Source: Octopus vulgaris (Eukaryota). From it: DNA of 64,000 bases. This document shows, one piece after another, positions 25,666 through 39,562 of this stretch; position 1 is the first letter of the stretch, and the number at the start of each line of letters is the position of its first letter. Where the stretch lies: assembly GCA_951406725.2 (NCBI GenBank), contig OX597827.1:77934001-77998000 (forward strand), written 5' to 3'. Under the pieces are notes generated by a model, which had not been told where the DNA came from, did not search any database, and saw nothing but the letters and a program-made list of their open reading frames with translations. The translations under genes were made by a program, and so were the position numbers.

Positions 25666-27799
25666 GTAAGCTTTTAATTGATAATTAATAAATACAGAAG
25701 AATCACTAAAGTTTAGGGGTTCAGCTATAAATGCTGTGTAATTTATTCCCTCCCCCCTTTTTTTTTAGCCAGGCTTTTTTTGTTTCTCCCTTCTTAAAAA
25801 AACACACAAAAAATAACCCAAGTCTCGTTTCGTTTAAAAAGATTCTTTCTCTTCTATTCTGTGTGTGTGTCTGTGTTTGGATGCATACGTATCTCTCCAC
25901 ACACACACACACATATGATATATACATATATATATATATACACACACACATATACTCATATACATATATATGTTTGTGTGTGTGTGTATATATATGTATA
26001 TATATATATATATATACATATATGTGTGTGTATGTGTCTTCACATATATAATATATATATACACATACTTATATACATATGTGTATATATATATATATGT
26101 GTGTGTGTGTATGTATGTATGTATGTATATATATATACATATATATATATACACACATATATATATATACACACACACACACATATATATATATATAATG
26201 TGTGTGTGTGTGTGTATGTATGTCTGTACGTGTAACTGTTTCTTTCTATTGATTTCCCTCCATCACAGAAGAGTTCTGGATAATGGAAGGTGGTGGTGGT
26301 GGTGGTTGTGATGATTGTGGTGCTGGTGGTAGTGGTGGTGGTGTTTAGTTCCTACCTTAATCAACTCTGCTCGAACAGATCTATGATCAGAGCCTTTCCA
26401 GCTGTGACCATCTCGTCTTTTTTTATGTCAAGAATTACACTGCCTAATACATCTTTTGTTTGTGACGGTAGAGGGGGGTTTATTTTTTATTTAAGCTTGT
26501 TCGGCTGCTATTTCTAGCAATTCGAGCGACCACGTCGAGGTTGTGTCATTGTTGAAGATGGCGACGGCGGCGGCGGTGTTGATGGTGTTATTGTCGAGGT
26601 TAGACGTTCCTTCCTGGCCACGTTCGTCGTGATCCGGTTTCGATCGACGCTCTTTCACTTCACCTTTTCTGCTCAATGCCTGGAGAAAGGCTTGAAGGCC
26701 ACAAAACCCCATTGAACCATCGTCCATCTCTAGAAATATGGGAATTACTTTTACTTAAACAAAACGGCGAACAGTGAGTGGTAAGCAAATAATAATCTCT
26801 CCTCTCTGAATCGTGTCTGCAATCTTGTCCTCAGATCATCCCCGGTTGGACAGATCTATTATCAAAGGCGCTCCACCAATGAACATCTCGTCTTTTTCTA
26901 TATCGATTGCTGCTTTTACCCACGACGGTAGGAGTGTGCGTTGAGGAAATTTGGCTGTTGTTTCTAGCAGGTTCCCTTGTTAATTCTTTGATTACTAGGT
27001 AACCGAGGTATTACACTTCCCATGGCAATTGCTAACGTACCTGGGTTAAAAGCATCGACGCTTCCCGTGTCATGCCGGACATTATTTTGCATTGTATTTG
27101 GATAACTGTATGAAGGTCCCAACATCTCGCCGTGTCCAATCCGCGATCCAGTTGGAATAGGTTCTACCTGGTAGATGCATGAAGACCACTGCCCCCCTCC
27201 AGTTCATACGGGTCTGTACAATGCATAAAAGTCTCCAAGAAGACTACTACAGGCAACATTATAGTTTGGAATGAATGTCACGGACTCTTCCTTAAGAAAC
27301 GGGAGCCTCTATATTGACGATCGACCTGCAAGAAATAGCGGTCAAATCTCCCTCCAAACCACCCCTACCGACTTAACAAAAATTTTTTCAAATGACACCT
27401 TGGATAATTTTTATCCAAGATACACAGTGCTTAAAAAAGATGAGATAGTCACATCTGGAATGTCTTTGAGTAATCTGGTCCGTCTACACGATCAGGTCTA
27501 GCCTAGGACTAAAAGAAGAAAGAAAAAAAAACATTCTAGGACATAAATGTCTCGATCTGGCCAAAAGAAACTTTTTAGTCTTTCAATAAAACCGAAGAAG
27601 AAGAAGGAACACTGGTTCGGTTGTGAGATGGCTTTCATCGCGAATGAATCCAGCGGTGTTGATTTCTTTTTCAATGTCTGCCTGACATTAACGGTTTATA
27701 AAATCACGGTTGTTGTAGACGAAAAGACAAGTTGGGTTTGGGCGGCAGGCAAGACTCAACAAAATATACTTCTTGTCTCTCTGTGTATGTGTACGTGTA

Positions 27800-28535
<736 letters not shown>

Positions 28536-28735
28536 TCGTGATGAGAAGAAAAATTAAATAAGTTTTCGGCAGGTTCCTTCATAATGAGACATTTTATTTA
28601 TAATGTTCAGTCTAAATATCTTTTACAATGTTAGTGATTAAGGTTTAAAATATATATATTTAGTTAAGGTTTGTAAATATTTATATATAATTAACCGTAT
28701 AATTCATTTAGCTAGTGCTAGCCAGATGTATATCT

Positions 28736-28766
<31 letters not shown>

Positions 28767-28978
28767 CACACACACAATTGTGTGTGTGTATATATGTATA
28801 GTATAATTTGTATATATATATATATGTGTGTGTAATATATATATATATATATATGTGTGTGTAATATATATATATATATATATACATATACATACACACA
28901 CACATATATATATATACACACACATTTGTGTGTGTTTATATATGTATAGTATAATTTGTATTTATATGTGTGTGTGTG

Positions 28979-29017
<39 letters not shown>

Positions 29018-30276
29018 TATACATATATACATACACACACACCATTGTTGTCATATCTTCTTCCTTGGTCGTAGTTTCGTAAAAATCGTTTAAAACAAAA
29101 TATATTTCTAAGAAATTTATTTTAATCTAAATTCATTTAAACAAATCCTCCAATGTTTATTCGTATCCAGTGTTATTGCTTTGTTTCTGCTCTTGTAAGT
29201 AAATCTTCCCAAACTTTCCCATCCTCTCGCTTTCGTCCTCCGCCTACTTTGACCGTTAAGATATTTATTTCCGTTAGAAATACTTTTGTCTCAAAACTGG
29301 ATGTCATCGTTCCTGCCCCGAATGTCTTCTCTCCTCCGTTTTCGGGGGCTTTGTTTGCCAGATGTTACCACCTGGAAACGACATGATCACACTTGTTTTG
29401 CCCTACCGCAAACTCCGATCCACCAAAAATCTATGACCAAAAGCGCTCCCGCCTTGACCGTCTCGTTTTATCTCCCAGAAATTATGCGTTGTCCAAACGT
29501 TCCCCTCGTTTCTCTCTTTTTTTTTTTAAAGGTGGTTGGATCTTATTTTCGGGAGACTTAGCTTTTGTTTTTCTAAATTTATCTGGCGACAATGTCGATG
29601 CTGTGTTGTTGGCGACGCTTCTGCCGAACAAAAGTCAGTTTCGTTGAGTGATTGATTATTAAACAGGATTCTTCTATTGTTATGACAAATGGATTAAAGA
29701 CAAACATTTAAAAAAAAGAGAAAGAAAGGAGGGGCCATTTGGATAATGGACAATCTCTGGGAGATAAAACGGGACGGTCACGGCGGGAGCGCTTTCGGTC
29801 GTGAGTTTGGTGGATCGGAGTTGGCTTAGGGCTAGGCAAGTGTGATCATGTTTCCAGATGGTAACATCTTGGAAACAAAGCCCCCCAAAAGAGGTTACTC
29901 TCTCTCAGGTTAAGGACGAAGAATAGTCTTTGATTAGTTTGTGGTCCGGTTGTGGCTGTTTGTGTGTGTTTATTACTGTGTGATTAACCTTTTTAACTGG
30001 AGTCGTAGGTGGAAAAGTAAATAAAAAACTATACCAGCATAGGAAAACAAAGTGAAATGATGATGTATACCCTACTCGCTCTCACACACACAATCCCTTT
30101 GTATATATATTGTAAACATATTACTATGTGCATTTACTGATCACTTCCTTGTGTCTGTGTGTGATTATATATATATATATATATAGGGAGAGTTTACAAA
30201 GAAAACAAAAGACGAAGACAGGTGGTGTACAAAACAAACAGATGTATTAGTATAACGCTCAGGAATAGAAAAAGTA

Positions 30277-30310
30277 TTTTACGTTTCAAGCCTACGCTCT
30301 TCTACAGAAA
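30277..30310 (-). ncRNA. Minimal hammerhead-like motif, CUGU-core variant
   Basis: TTT CTGTAGA A GAGC GTAG GCTT GAAA CG TA AAA. Confidence 0.5.
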
Positions 30311-30410
30311 GGGACACAGAAAAAACAAGGAGAGAAAAAAATGTGTGTAGTGGCTAACGATCTATCATATATATATATATATGTATGTATCAGTTTATTT
30401 CCTCATGTTC

Positions 30411-30446
30411 CTTTCTGTTGAAGAGCGTAGGCTCGAAACGTAAAAG
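30411..30446 (+). ncRNA. Minimal hammerhead-like motif, CUGU-core variant
   Basis: CTTT CTGTTGA A GAGC GTAG GCTC GAAA CG TA AAAG; helices I and II fully paired. Confidence 0.55.
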
Positions 30447-30719
30447 ATTTTCTCACCTTCCCATGTGTTAAACTAACACACCTGTTTGTTGTTTATACAC
30501 CTGTCTTCGTCTTTTGTTTTTCTGTAAATTTCAACTATATATATGTGTGTGTGTGTGTAGTATTGATTAGTGACTTAAAAGGTGTGTGGTTCAAAAGGTT
30601 GCTTCCCAGCTATATGGTCTTGGGTTCATGGGGCTTTGAGCGTCTTCTACTGTAGCCCAAGTTGGCCAAAGCCATAGGTGAAAACTGAAGGAAGTTCATT
30701 ATATGTATTCGAGTATGTG

Positions 30720-30936
30720 CGTGGGGGTGCTGAAAAATTCCTGGTTTTGGGTAAAAGAAAATACAGGAGGATCAGTTAAGTATGACTTTATTCAGCATAT
30801 TCCCCTCTCGGATTCACACACTTATTGCTGTAGTCCTTCAGTTTTTCTAAACCCTGTGAAAGAATTTGGAAGGTTTGGCCTCCAACCAGTCCTTTCGCGT
30901 TACCCTTAAAGCTAGGAACTTTCAGGCACCCCTTCA
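30720..30936. mobile_element. mariner-like MITE
   Basis: Imperfect TIRs GGGGTGCTGAAAAATTCCTGG / CTAGGAACTTTCAGGCACCCC. Confidence 0.55.
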
Positions 30937-33900
30937 TGTGTGTGTGTTGACATTGTGTGATGGTTATAAATTAGCATCGTTATGATACGAGTGAGGTTCT
31001 TCGTTTCCAGTCTTCCATGGACAACATGTCTGACAATGGGGAAAATATGCTGCTTGAAAGCAGGTAAGGGTTGAGGGGCAGGAAGGGTTTGTGGCCATAG
31101 AAAAACCTGCCACAATTCCGTCTGGCCCCTGCAAACTTGGGAAATTGGATGTTAAGCAATGATTATAAATACTAAGGCCTCCTCCAATGAAGAATGTCCT
31201 ACCACTCAATATAAGATATGGATTAGCGACCTGTAAGAGTATAGACGAACTGAGAAGGAAGGAATGCAAAATGAAACCTCTTTCTGCTTCAGTGTATATT
31301 TGGGGTGGTTACATATTTAGATTCTATATCAAAGGTTCTCAGCCATTTTTTGCCTCTGGACTCCCTTTCTTTCCTGTTTTATTCTAATGGACCCTCATAC
31401 CCATTCAGTGTTTATAAAAAAAAGTTTAAATATTTTGTGTGTCGTGGAAATATAACCATCATACTATTTTTTAACAACAAAAACACCATTCAAGTGTGGC
31501 CATTGCCAGTACCACCTGACTGGCCCTCGTGCCGGTGGCACATAAGAGCACCCACTACACTCTCGGAGTGGTTGGCGTTAGGAAGGGCATCCAGCTGTAG
31601 AAACTCTGACAGATCAAGATTGGAGCCTGGTGCTGGTTCGCCAGTCCTCAGTCAAATCGTCCAACCCATGCCAACATGGAAAGCGGACGTTAAACGATGA
31701 TGATGATGATGAAAATCTTATGTAGACCGTCAGGGGCTATATGGGGCCTGGTTGAAAACGACTGCTCTAGATGGTAGGGTATGGCAAAAAGGAGGAGGAA
31801 GAGAGAGAGAGAGAGACCTGTGAAGCTGAGGTCAGCTGGGAGTTTTTACTGAAAGCCACAGACCAGTTCTGTGGCTTGGGGGAGATACCTGTTAGATGTA
31901 AAGTAACATGGTGCTGAGATAACAGCCTAGGACTGATATGGTTCTTTGTAACTCACTCCATATCTGTTATTTGTCTTTATTATTCTATCATCATCATCGC
32001 CCCAGCATGGCCACGGCCTTCGGGCTAAAACATTTTAAAGGATTTATCTGTTTTCCAGGATGATTTGCAAAGAACTCTATCAGCTGGCTAAGCAACAAGT
32101 GTCCATAACTCAGAGATGATGAGCAGAGAGCAAGTGTTGTGTGTTGAAGATGAAAGTGGGTGGGGTCTGCCTTGTGTGAACAGGAGAAACCACTTAAAAA
32201 GATGCAGCCAGCAGTGTGTGAGTTGACGATAAGTTCAGTGGGGTATTTAGTGTGCAGGTAGATTTTCATGCATCTCAGTTCTTGGCCCATCCCTTTTTAT
32301 TGTGGTACTGAGGCAAGTGTTGTCGAACACTTTCTGCATTGTAGTAGGGCATCAGTCATTTCAGCCTGTGAAACAATTAGGGCAATCAGAGTGAGCCCTA
32401 CTGGCTTCCATACAAAAAGCATGAAATGATGGATGATGCCCAAGCTATAACAAAGGAATCTAAAACCATCTGTCCTTAGAAACTCACAAAGAGGATGACA
32501 AGATGTTGTGGTATATGCATGCAGCATCTCCATCGTAATTTTAACATCCACTTTTCTGTGCTTGCATGTGTTGCCAAACCTCACTTGTTTCCTTGCAAGC
32601 TAGTCTTTCCCCATCGGCCAGATATGTTTCCACAGAATATTTGAAACAAATGACACTGCTTGGATAACAGTGACACTCATTTACAACTATCATGTGATGT
32701 CAAGACTAAGAGACACATACATACACACATACACATGCATGTGCACGATGAGTGCCTTTCAGTTTCTGTCTACCAAATCCTTTCACAGGGCTTTGGTTGG
32801 TCGGCCCAGGGTTGTAGTAGAAGACACTTGCTCAAAGTGCCATGCAGTGGGACTGAACCCAGAACCATGTGGGTGGAAAGCAAGCTTCTTACCACACAGC
32901 CACAATCTGTACTTATACATTTAGGGGTGTGCACATATTGCTGACTGGCCCCTGTACTGGTGGCACATAAAAAGCACCATTTAAGCATGATTGTTCCCAG
33001 CATCGCCTTATGGGCACAAATGCCAGTGGCACGTGAAAAACATTTGAGGGTGGTCGTTGCCAGTACTGCCTGACTGGCCCTCGTTACCAGTGGCACATAA
33101 AAGTACCCACTACACTCTCGGAGTGGTTGGCATTAGGAAGGGCATCAAGATTGAAGCCTGGTGCAGCCATCTGGTTCGCCAGCCCTCAGTCAAAATCATC
33201 CAACCCATGCTAGCATGGAAAGCAGATGTTAAACAATGATGATGAATTAGAGTTGAAAAAGTCTCAATGACTGAAACTGGTACTAAAATGTTTTTTGTGA
33301 TAAAATTATTTTAGCATTTTCTACCTTGACTTTTTTCCTTATGTATATATATATATATATACAAAATAAGAAAATGGAGAAATACATCCAAATCTTGGGT
33401 ATTATCTGGTAATTGGTATTTGATTTGGATGTATTTCTCCATTTTCTTATTTTGTATTATTAATTTGTGGTAAATCATTTTACCTTTGCCCATGTAATAC
33501 AGTAAATGAATTAATTGCATCGCAATTCTTAACATTTATGTATTAACTTTGTTGGGTACTTCACTGGCAGTATATTGGATATATGTTATCCCGTGGAGGG
33601 TTGCATTTACAACCCCTATCTCAATTTGTATATACACACACACACACACACACACACATACATACATACAAACTAATCCTCATTATATGTATACAAACCA
33701 TTCGTTTCATTGTACAGACACAGTAATCAGATCCTTGTTTATACAGCATTTTTATCAGTAGCATTGTTTCTGAATTCCCAATAGAGTTTGCCTTTAGATG
33801 TCTCCCTATATTTTGTCCCTAAATGTTTCCTCTCCCCCCTCCCCCACCCCACATCGCAATTGATCAATGACAATATCTCCTTCTCTTCCAGGTTGCCTAT

Positions 33901-34052
33901 AACTGAACCAAGTGAACCAACCGACCCCTCTACCCTTGTGGGGACGCAGCAAACACACAGACACAGAGAAGACTTGTTTACCGCTACCAGCGACGACCAC
34001 CACCCCTAATAGCCCTCTGTAACACCACTATTCTCTGCTAGACAACGCCACC

Positions 34053-36413
34053 ATGGAAAGAGGCAGTGGAATGTCGATATACGGGGACATGTATGGCAAG
34101 CAGTTTGCTCAGAGAAGCGGAAGTTCACAGGCACAAAGGATCAGCCACAGCAGCAGCCTCCCAGGGGGCAAGCAGATTTCAATGGGCCACCACGCTTTGG
34201 ATGCCCAGAGAATACAACACATCAGCCAGAATGTTTTCCCTACCGATGTTTATGGAAACCCCTTCACACAAAACTGCTACTTTCCTTTAACGCCCGAAAG
34301 GATGCAGCTTATGACGGCTCCTGGAAGTTGTTTCGGTGGGACCAGCGGCAGCGAGGGCTCGGGTAACTGCAACCAGGGCAGCAACCTCAGCGCCGACAGT
34401 GGTTACCACCAGAAGGACACTGCACCGGTGTCCATGGCAGTTGCACCATTGCAAAAGAACACGATGGTGTCCTCGATGACACCGGGCAACGACTGCAGTT
34501 GCAGCAACTGCAGTTGTTGCAGTAGCGACAATGTTGTGAACAACAGCAACACCAACAACAGCAGTATGGCCAATGACAGCAGTGGGGGAGATAACGTGAA
34601 AAGCTCCTACTCTCAGGCCACTGTGTCGTCCACTTCCACTTCCAACAGCTGCGGAGATTCTGGCCAGAAAAAATTCATCCAGGCATCAAAGTCTCCCGCA
34701 CCTGTCCAGCCCTCCTATGCTGCGTCCAACCAGTCGTTTCAACGACAAGAGCGAACAAGGGAGAAGCAGTTATTCTGTGATTTTTGTGGGAAACATTTCA
34801 CGCAAGAATATCTGATGCACAACCACCGACGCACCCATACGGGGGAGCGTCCATTCGGTTGTGACATCTGCGGAAAACAGTTCGGACGTAGGGATACACT
34901 TCAGAGGCACAAGCGCAACCACGAGCGACCCCAGCAAAATAACGTAGTGGCCTCTCCTGACATAAACGACGGTAGAGGCAACATGGATGGATGCATGAGG
35001 GAAGAATACCACCCGAAACCGACTCAACCCACCCCAATGGTGACAAACGTTGTTAGGAGAACCAACAGCATGAGCAATGTCCCGTCCTACAACACCCAAC
35101 AAATGTCAGAGCCAGGCACAGTGGTCATCATGCCGTTTTCCCATGAAAATAGTGGCAGTGCTGAAGATAAAATGCGGTCCCGAATCAAAGGCGAGGCAAT
35201 GCCAGCACATTCCGGCATGGTGCCACATATGCCCAACCCCCATGGCGACAGATCCTCAAAGATGTATCAGTGTGACATCTGTTTCAAGCCGTTTGCTCAA
35301 CGCCACTACCTGCGCATCCACAAAAGGTCCCACACCGGGGAGAAGCCTTACCAGTGTGACTTCTGCATTCAGAAGTTTGCCCGACGCGACACCCTCTTGA
35401 TTCACCGTCGCACCCAGCACACAGGGGAACGGCCGCACCACTGCGAGCTGTGCGGGGAAGCGTTTTATCACCGTTCACAGTTGAAGATGCATCGCAGAGC
35501 AAAGCACGTCCTCAAGGCCAGCAACAGCAACAGCAGCAACAACAGCAGCAGCAACCAGAGCCACAACAACAGCAGCAACAACAACAGCAACAACATGGCT
35601 CAGTATAACATGAATAAAGACCACAACAACATGAACCTCAGCAATGAGAACACAGGGATGTTTGTGTACAAAAAACGTTACCAGTGCGACTACTGCTTCA
35701 AGCAGTTCGCTCAACGCTATTACCTGCAGATCCATCGACGGATCCACACCGGGGAGAAACTGCTGCACTGCGATGTTTGCTACAAGAAGTTCACCCAGAA
35801 ACATTATCTCCAGATCCACAAGAGGACCCACACGGGGGAGAAGCCCTTCCAGTGCGACTTCTGCATCCAGAAATTTGCCCGTAAAACCACTCTTCAAATC
35901 CATCGCAGGACCCATACAGGGGAACGGCCCTACCAATGTGACGTGTGTCTTAAACAGTTTGCACAACGCGATAAGCTCACAGTTCACCGACGCACACACA
36001 ACCCAAAGCGCCGCTACCAGTGCGACATCTGCTTCAAGCAGTTTGCACAACGCCATTATTTACAGTTGCACCAGCGATCCCACACCGGAGAGAAACCGTT
36101 CCAGTGCGACATCTGCTTCAAGCAGTTCTCTCGTAAGAATTCCCTGCAGATGCACACTCGGTCGCACACGGGCGAGAAACCATTCCACTGCGACATCTGC
36201 TTCAAACAGTTTGCCCAGCGTCAATACCTTCAGCTGCACAAGCGCACACACACAGGCGAGAAGGCCTACCAGTGCGACATCTGTGCCAAACATTTTGCTC
36301 GTCGCGACACGTTGCAGCGCCACAAGCGTATCCACCTGAAGAATTCCATGAATCCGTCCAAGACCAACATGGAGGAACTATCACCTATGAACAACTATCT
36401 TTGGTCGCTGTAG
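34053..36413 (+). CDS. C2H2 zinc-finger transcription factor, 786 aa (13 fingers in clusters of 2+3+8)
   Basis: Long ORF; perfect Kozak GCCACCATGG; acceptor TCTCTTCCAG|G at 33891/33892; TGEKP/TGERP linkers; N/S-rich spacers. Confidence 0.96.
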   Translation: MERGSGMSIYGDMYGKQFAQRSGSSQAQRISHSSSLPGGKQISMGHHALDAQRIQHISQNVFPTDVYGNPFTQNCYFPLTPERMQLMTAPGSCFGGTSGSEGSGNCNQGSNLSADSGYHQKDTAPVSMAVAPLQKNTMVSSMTPGNDCSCSNCSCCSSDNVVNNSNTNNSSMANDSSGGDNVKSSYSQATVSSTSTSNSCGDSGQKKFIQASKSPAPVQPSYAASNQSFQRQERTREKQLFCDFCGKHFTQEYLMHNHRRTHTGERPFGCDICGKQFGRRDTLQRHKRNHERPQQNNVVASPDINDGRGNMDGCMREEYHPKPTQPTPMVTNVVRRTNSMSNVPSYNTQQMSEPGTVVIMPFSHENSGSAEDKMRSRIKGEAMPAHSGMVPHMPNPHGDRSSKMYQCDICFKPFAQRHYLRIHKRSHTGEKPYQCDFCIQKFARRDTLLIHRRTQHTGERPHHCELCGEAFYHRSQLKMHRRAKHVLKASNSNSSNNSSSNQSHNNSSNNNSNNMAQYNMNKDHNNMNLSNENTGMFVYKKRYQCDYCFKQFAQRYYLQIHRRIHTGEKLLHCDVCYKKFTQKHYLQIHKRTHTGEKPFQCDFCIQKFARKTTLQIHRRTHTGERPYQCDVCLKQFAQRDKLTVHRRTHNPKRRYQCDICFKQFAQRHYLQLHQRSHTGEKPFQCDICFKQFSRKNSLQMHTRSHTGEKPFHCDICFKQFAQRQYLQLHKRTHTGEKAYQCDICAKHFARRDTLQRHKRIHLKNSMNPSKTNMEELSPMNNYLWSL

Positions 36414-38630
36414 ACCGAAGCGGCAGACGAGAGAGAGATGGGATAACGAGTGAGACCATAGCTATGGCCTTGGGCATTCACCTGGGAAAACAATCATATG
36501 TGGCCTTTGTGGTTGTGTAGCAGTATGAGAAATTGTCTATATGTAGACATTCACATATACACACATATTTATATACACCCATGGACTTTTTGCATAAACA
36601 TCTCAGATATTTTGTATCTACATCACACACACACATACATGAATATGTATGTAAAGATATGTATATACAGATATCTGTGTATGTGCCATCCCTATATACA
36701 CATGTATATCCACATGTACACTGCCACACACAAAGCCACCTGTTCACATGTAGCCATGTGGTTTTTGAAATCTTCCCGCTGCAACTTTTAACACTAAAAC
36801 AAACAACAAAAAAACACACAGCTGTAAGCTTTTTTTTTTTTTTTTTTATTCCTTACCAACACTTTACAGCATGGGTTGGCTGGGTCTAGAAATTCTCACT
36901 GTTTACACGGAAATCTCAGAACAGCTGTGTGTACCCTGGATTCCCTGATCCCTCTTATATCATCTATCAATGAAACACTGGAAACTGCAAAATTTCTTCT
37001 TTTCTTGGCTTAAAAAAAAAACGAAAAAAAAATGACAAAACAAAAAAAAAAAACCATTTCTTTTATGGAAACTATGCAAAAACTTAATTTGACTGGCCAA
37101 AACAACATCAACAACAAGAACATCATCATCTCTGAATGCATCAGACACCTATCATGGCAATTTTTTTGATATATTCGTACCAATTCTCCAAATTTTTTTA
37201 CACATAATTTATTTTTTATCCTCTTTGCTTTTATTAGAAGACAGCGGAGCGGTTGGGGAGAGGGGGTTGTGGGACGTAGAATCAGTGGTAGGGTGTATAA
37301 TTGGTCAAAAGTGTGGTGGTGTATATAATTGGTGGAATGTGAAGTTTAGAAGTGGTCTGGTGAGGAGAATATGCCTGGTGGTGTTATAGTCACAGCTCCC
37401 TCTACATTCTGAGTCTAGCCTTTTAATTTCAAACTGGCCGTATCCAGCCCAATTATTCTACTTGTTTTAGGTTCAAATTTGCCAGATTTGACCTCTCACG
37501 CCAACTCTAATCACTTGACCAAAATCTCAAAGCTACAAGGTACTGCTTAATTAATTGAAAATAACGAATAAACAGACATTACATTCAGCAGAGTAATTTG
37601 AATGCTAAAGGGTTGAATCTCACCAGGTTGACCTTGTGGTTCTTTCAGGTTCGGTAGAATAGATACCAGTGAAATACTGGGGTTAGTCCTATTGAGGGTG
37701 TCGCACTCTCCTGAAATACTTGTTTTGATACAAGAGACCAATGTCCAGCGTCCACAGATGATATACAAGCAGAAAGGTAGCAGCAGTGTGGTTGTACCAT
37801 TACTGATCACTTTGGTCCTTATCTAATGGTCAGCTGGTCTTTAGCCACAAGGTCATGTAGGGTCAACATGTTGAGAAAATCAGAGATTTTACCAATACAT
37901 GTAGAAGTTACAGGGAGAGGACACAGCTTGATTGTGGAGCAGGAAAGGCACACCAAGCCAACCGGCTGCATTCTCTTTGCTATGGTTTAATATGTAAGAT
38001 CCTGTTGTACTATATATAGGGGTTTGTTTTGTTAGGGGTCAGTAATGCCTGAATTTTATTACTATGTAATAGAGGGTCAGTGGTCTAATCTAGCTTGGAC
38101 TTTGTTCATAGAGAATGTCAGGGGTTAGCAGGAAATTGTTTTGTTAGTTTAGTGAAATGGACTTCACCACAAGACTATTTATGAACATCTTAGCTGCCTG
38201 GCCAAATACCTGCACCTTAGTTTTCAAATGAAATAAGCATAAAGCTTATATATTGTAGACAGACAGCAGGGCAGTGATTTATTTTTTGGAAGTGTGTATA
38301 GAGCGCGATGTATGTATACAGGTGTAGGCCACAGCTAATAGCATCTCATGGCAGTTTCACATTTGAAGCTTATATCAAAAGCAAAAGTCTCTTTTCCCCC
38401 CTACTGTCCCAACATAATGTGGTTGCCCTTTGATGTACTCCTTTACATACAATGCTGCTGGTTGGTGAATATTTGTGATTCGTTCTGCCCATCGCAAAAA
38501 TAATTCATAGCAGTGTCACCTCTCTAGCATGTTTATACGATCTGTGTAATCTTCAGTTTTACAGAAATGGAAGGTTTGTGTCGTTAATCGGATCGGTGAA
38601 TACAGTAGCATGTTTAGAGTAATGTTTGTA

Positions 38631-39012
38631 CGAGTGACTGCGTGGTAAGTAGCTTGCTTACCAACCACATGTTTCCGGGTTCAGTCCCACTGTGTGACAC
38701 CTTGGACAAGTGTCTTCTGCTATAGCCTCGGGCTGACCAAAGCCTTGTGAGTGGATTTGGTAGATGGAAACTGAAAGAAGCCCATCGTATATATGTATAT
38801 ATATATCTGTATGTATGTGTGTGTTTGTCCCCACCAACATTGCTTGACAACCGATGGTGGTGTGTTTATGTCCCCATAACTTAGCGGTTCGGCAAAAGAG
38901 ACCGATAGAATAAGCACTGGGCTTACAAAGAGTAAGTCCTGGGGTCGATTTGTTCGACTGAAGGCAGTGCTCCAGCATGGCCACAGTCAAATGACTGAAA
39001 CCAGTTAAAGAG
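38631..39012 (+). mobile_element. SINE family A
   Basis: Same consensus as 13355-13740. Confidence 0.85.
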
Positions 39013-39562
39013 TAAGTGTAGGTTTCCTTTCATGTTTAAAGAAATGTTCTCTGTCATGACTGGTGAAGTGTAATCTCTAAGGCAGAGTGTAATGTGTCTG
39101 GAAGAACTCTTGGGGGATGAGAGCTGACAAGAGCTTCGATGGGTGAGTTGCCAAAGAAGAGACCAGTAGACTAAAATAGATGTGGTTTGAATGAAAAGAT
39201 GCTTTCTTCTAGCTTGTATGGCATCTCTTTGATGCTTCAGTGATGCAGACACACTGGGCACTTTTGGATATTTCTATGAACGGAATTAAAATAATGGAGG
39301 AATCAGCACCTGCCACAACGGCAACTTTTATAAAGCCACCATTCTTCCGTTGGTTTGACTGAAGGATTTTGAGTGACTTGATTGATCAGGGATTTTGCTT
39401 TTAGACACGTCAAATAGTCATTTGATTAAAGTGGAAAGTGACACACACTGAAATTACAAATTGGGTTGATGTTCCCAAAACAACAAGCTTAGCTTTAGCT
39501 TTAGGGGTCGAAGGGATCCTCCTCTGCTGTTCAATGCATTGGCCAGCAAGCCTCCTCTACTG

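Noticed and set aside
27204-27206. In-frame TGA in the candidate antisense exon as selenocysteine
   Set aside because: No selenoprotein-like context and no SECIS recognised; a downstream acceptor or ATG explains the frame more simply
28560-28600. Minus-strand ATGAAGG..CCGAAA as another hammerhead
   Set aside because: The CUGA core and helix I are missing; too degenerate to support
35475-36339. Antisense and alternative-frame ORFs over the ZNF2 fingers (similar ones over ZNF1)
   Set aside because: Shadow ORFs expected from repetitive, codon-biased finger arrays
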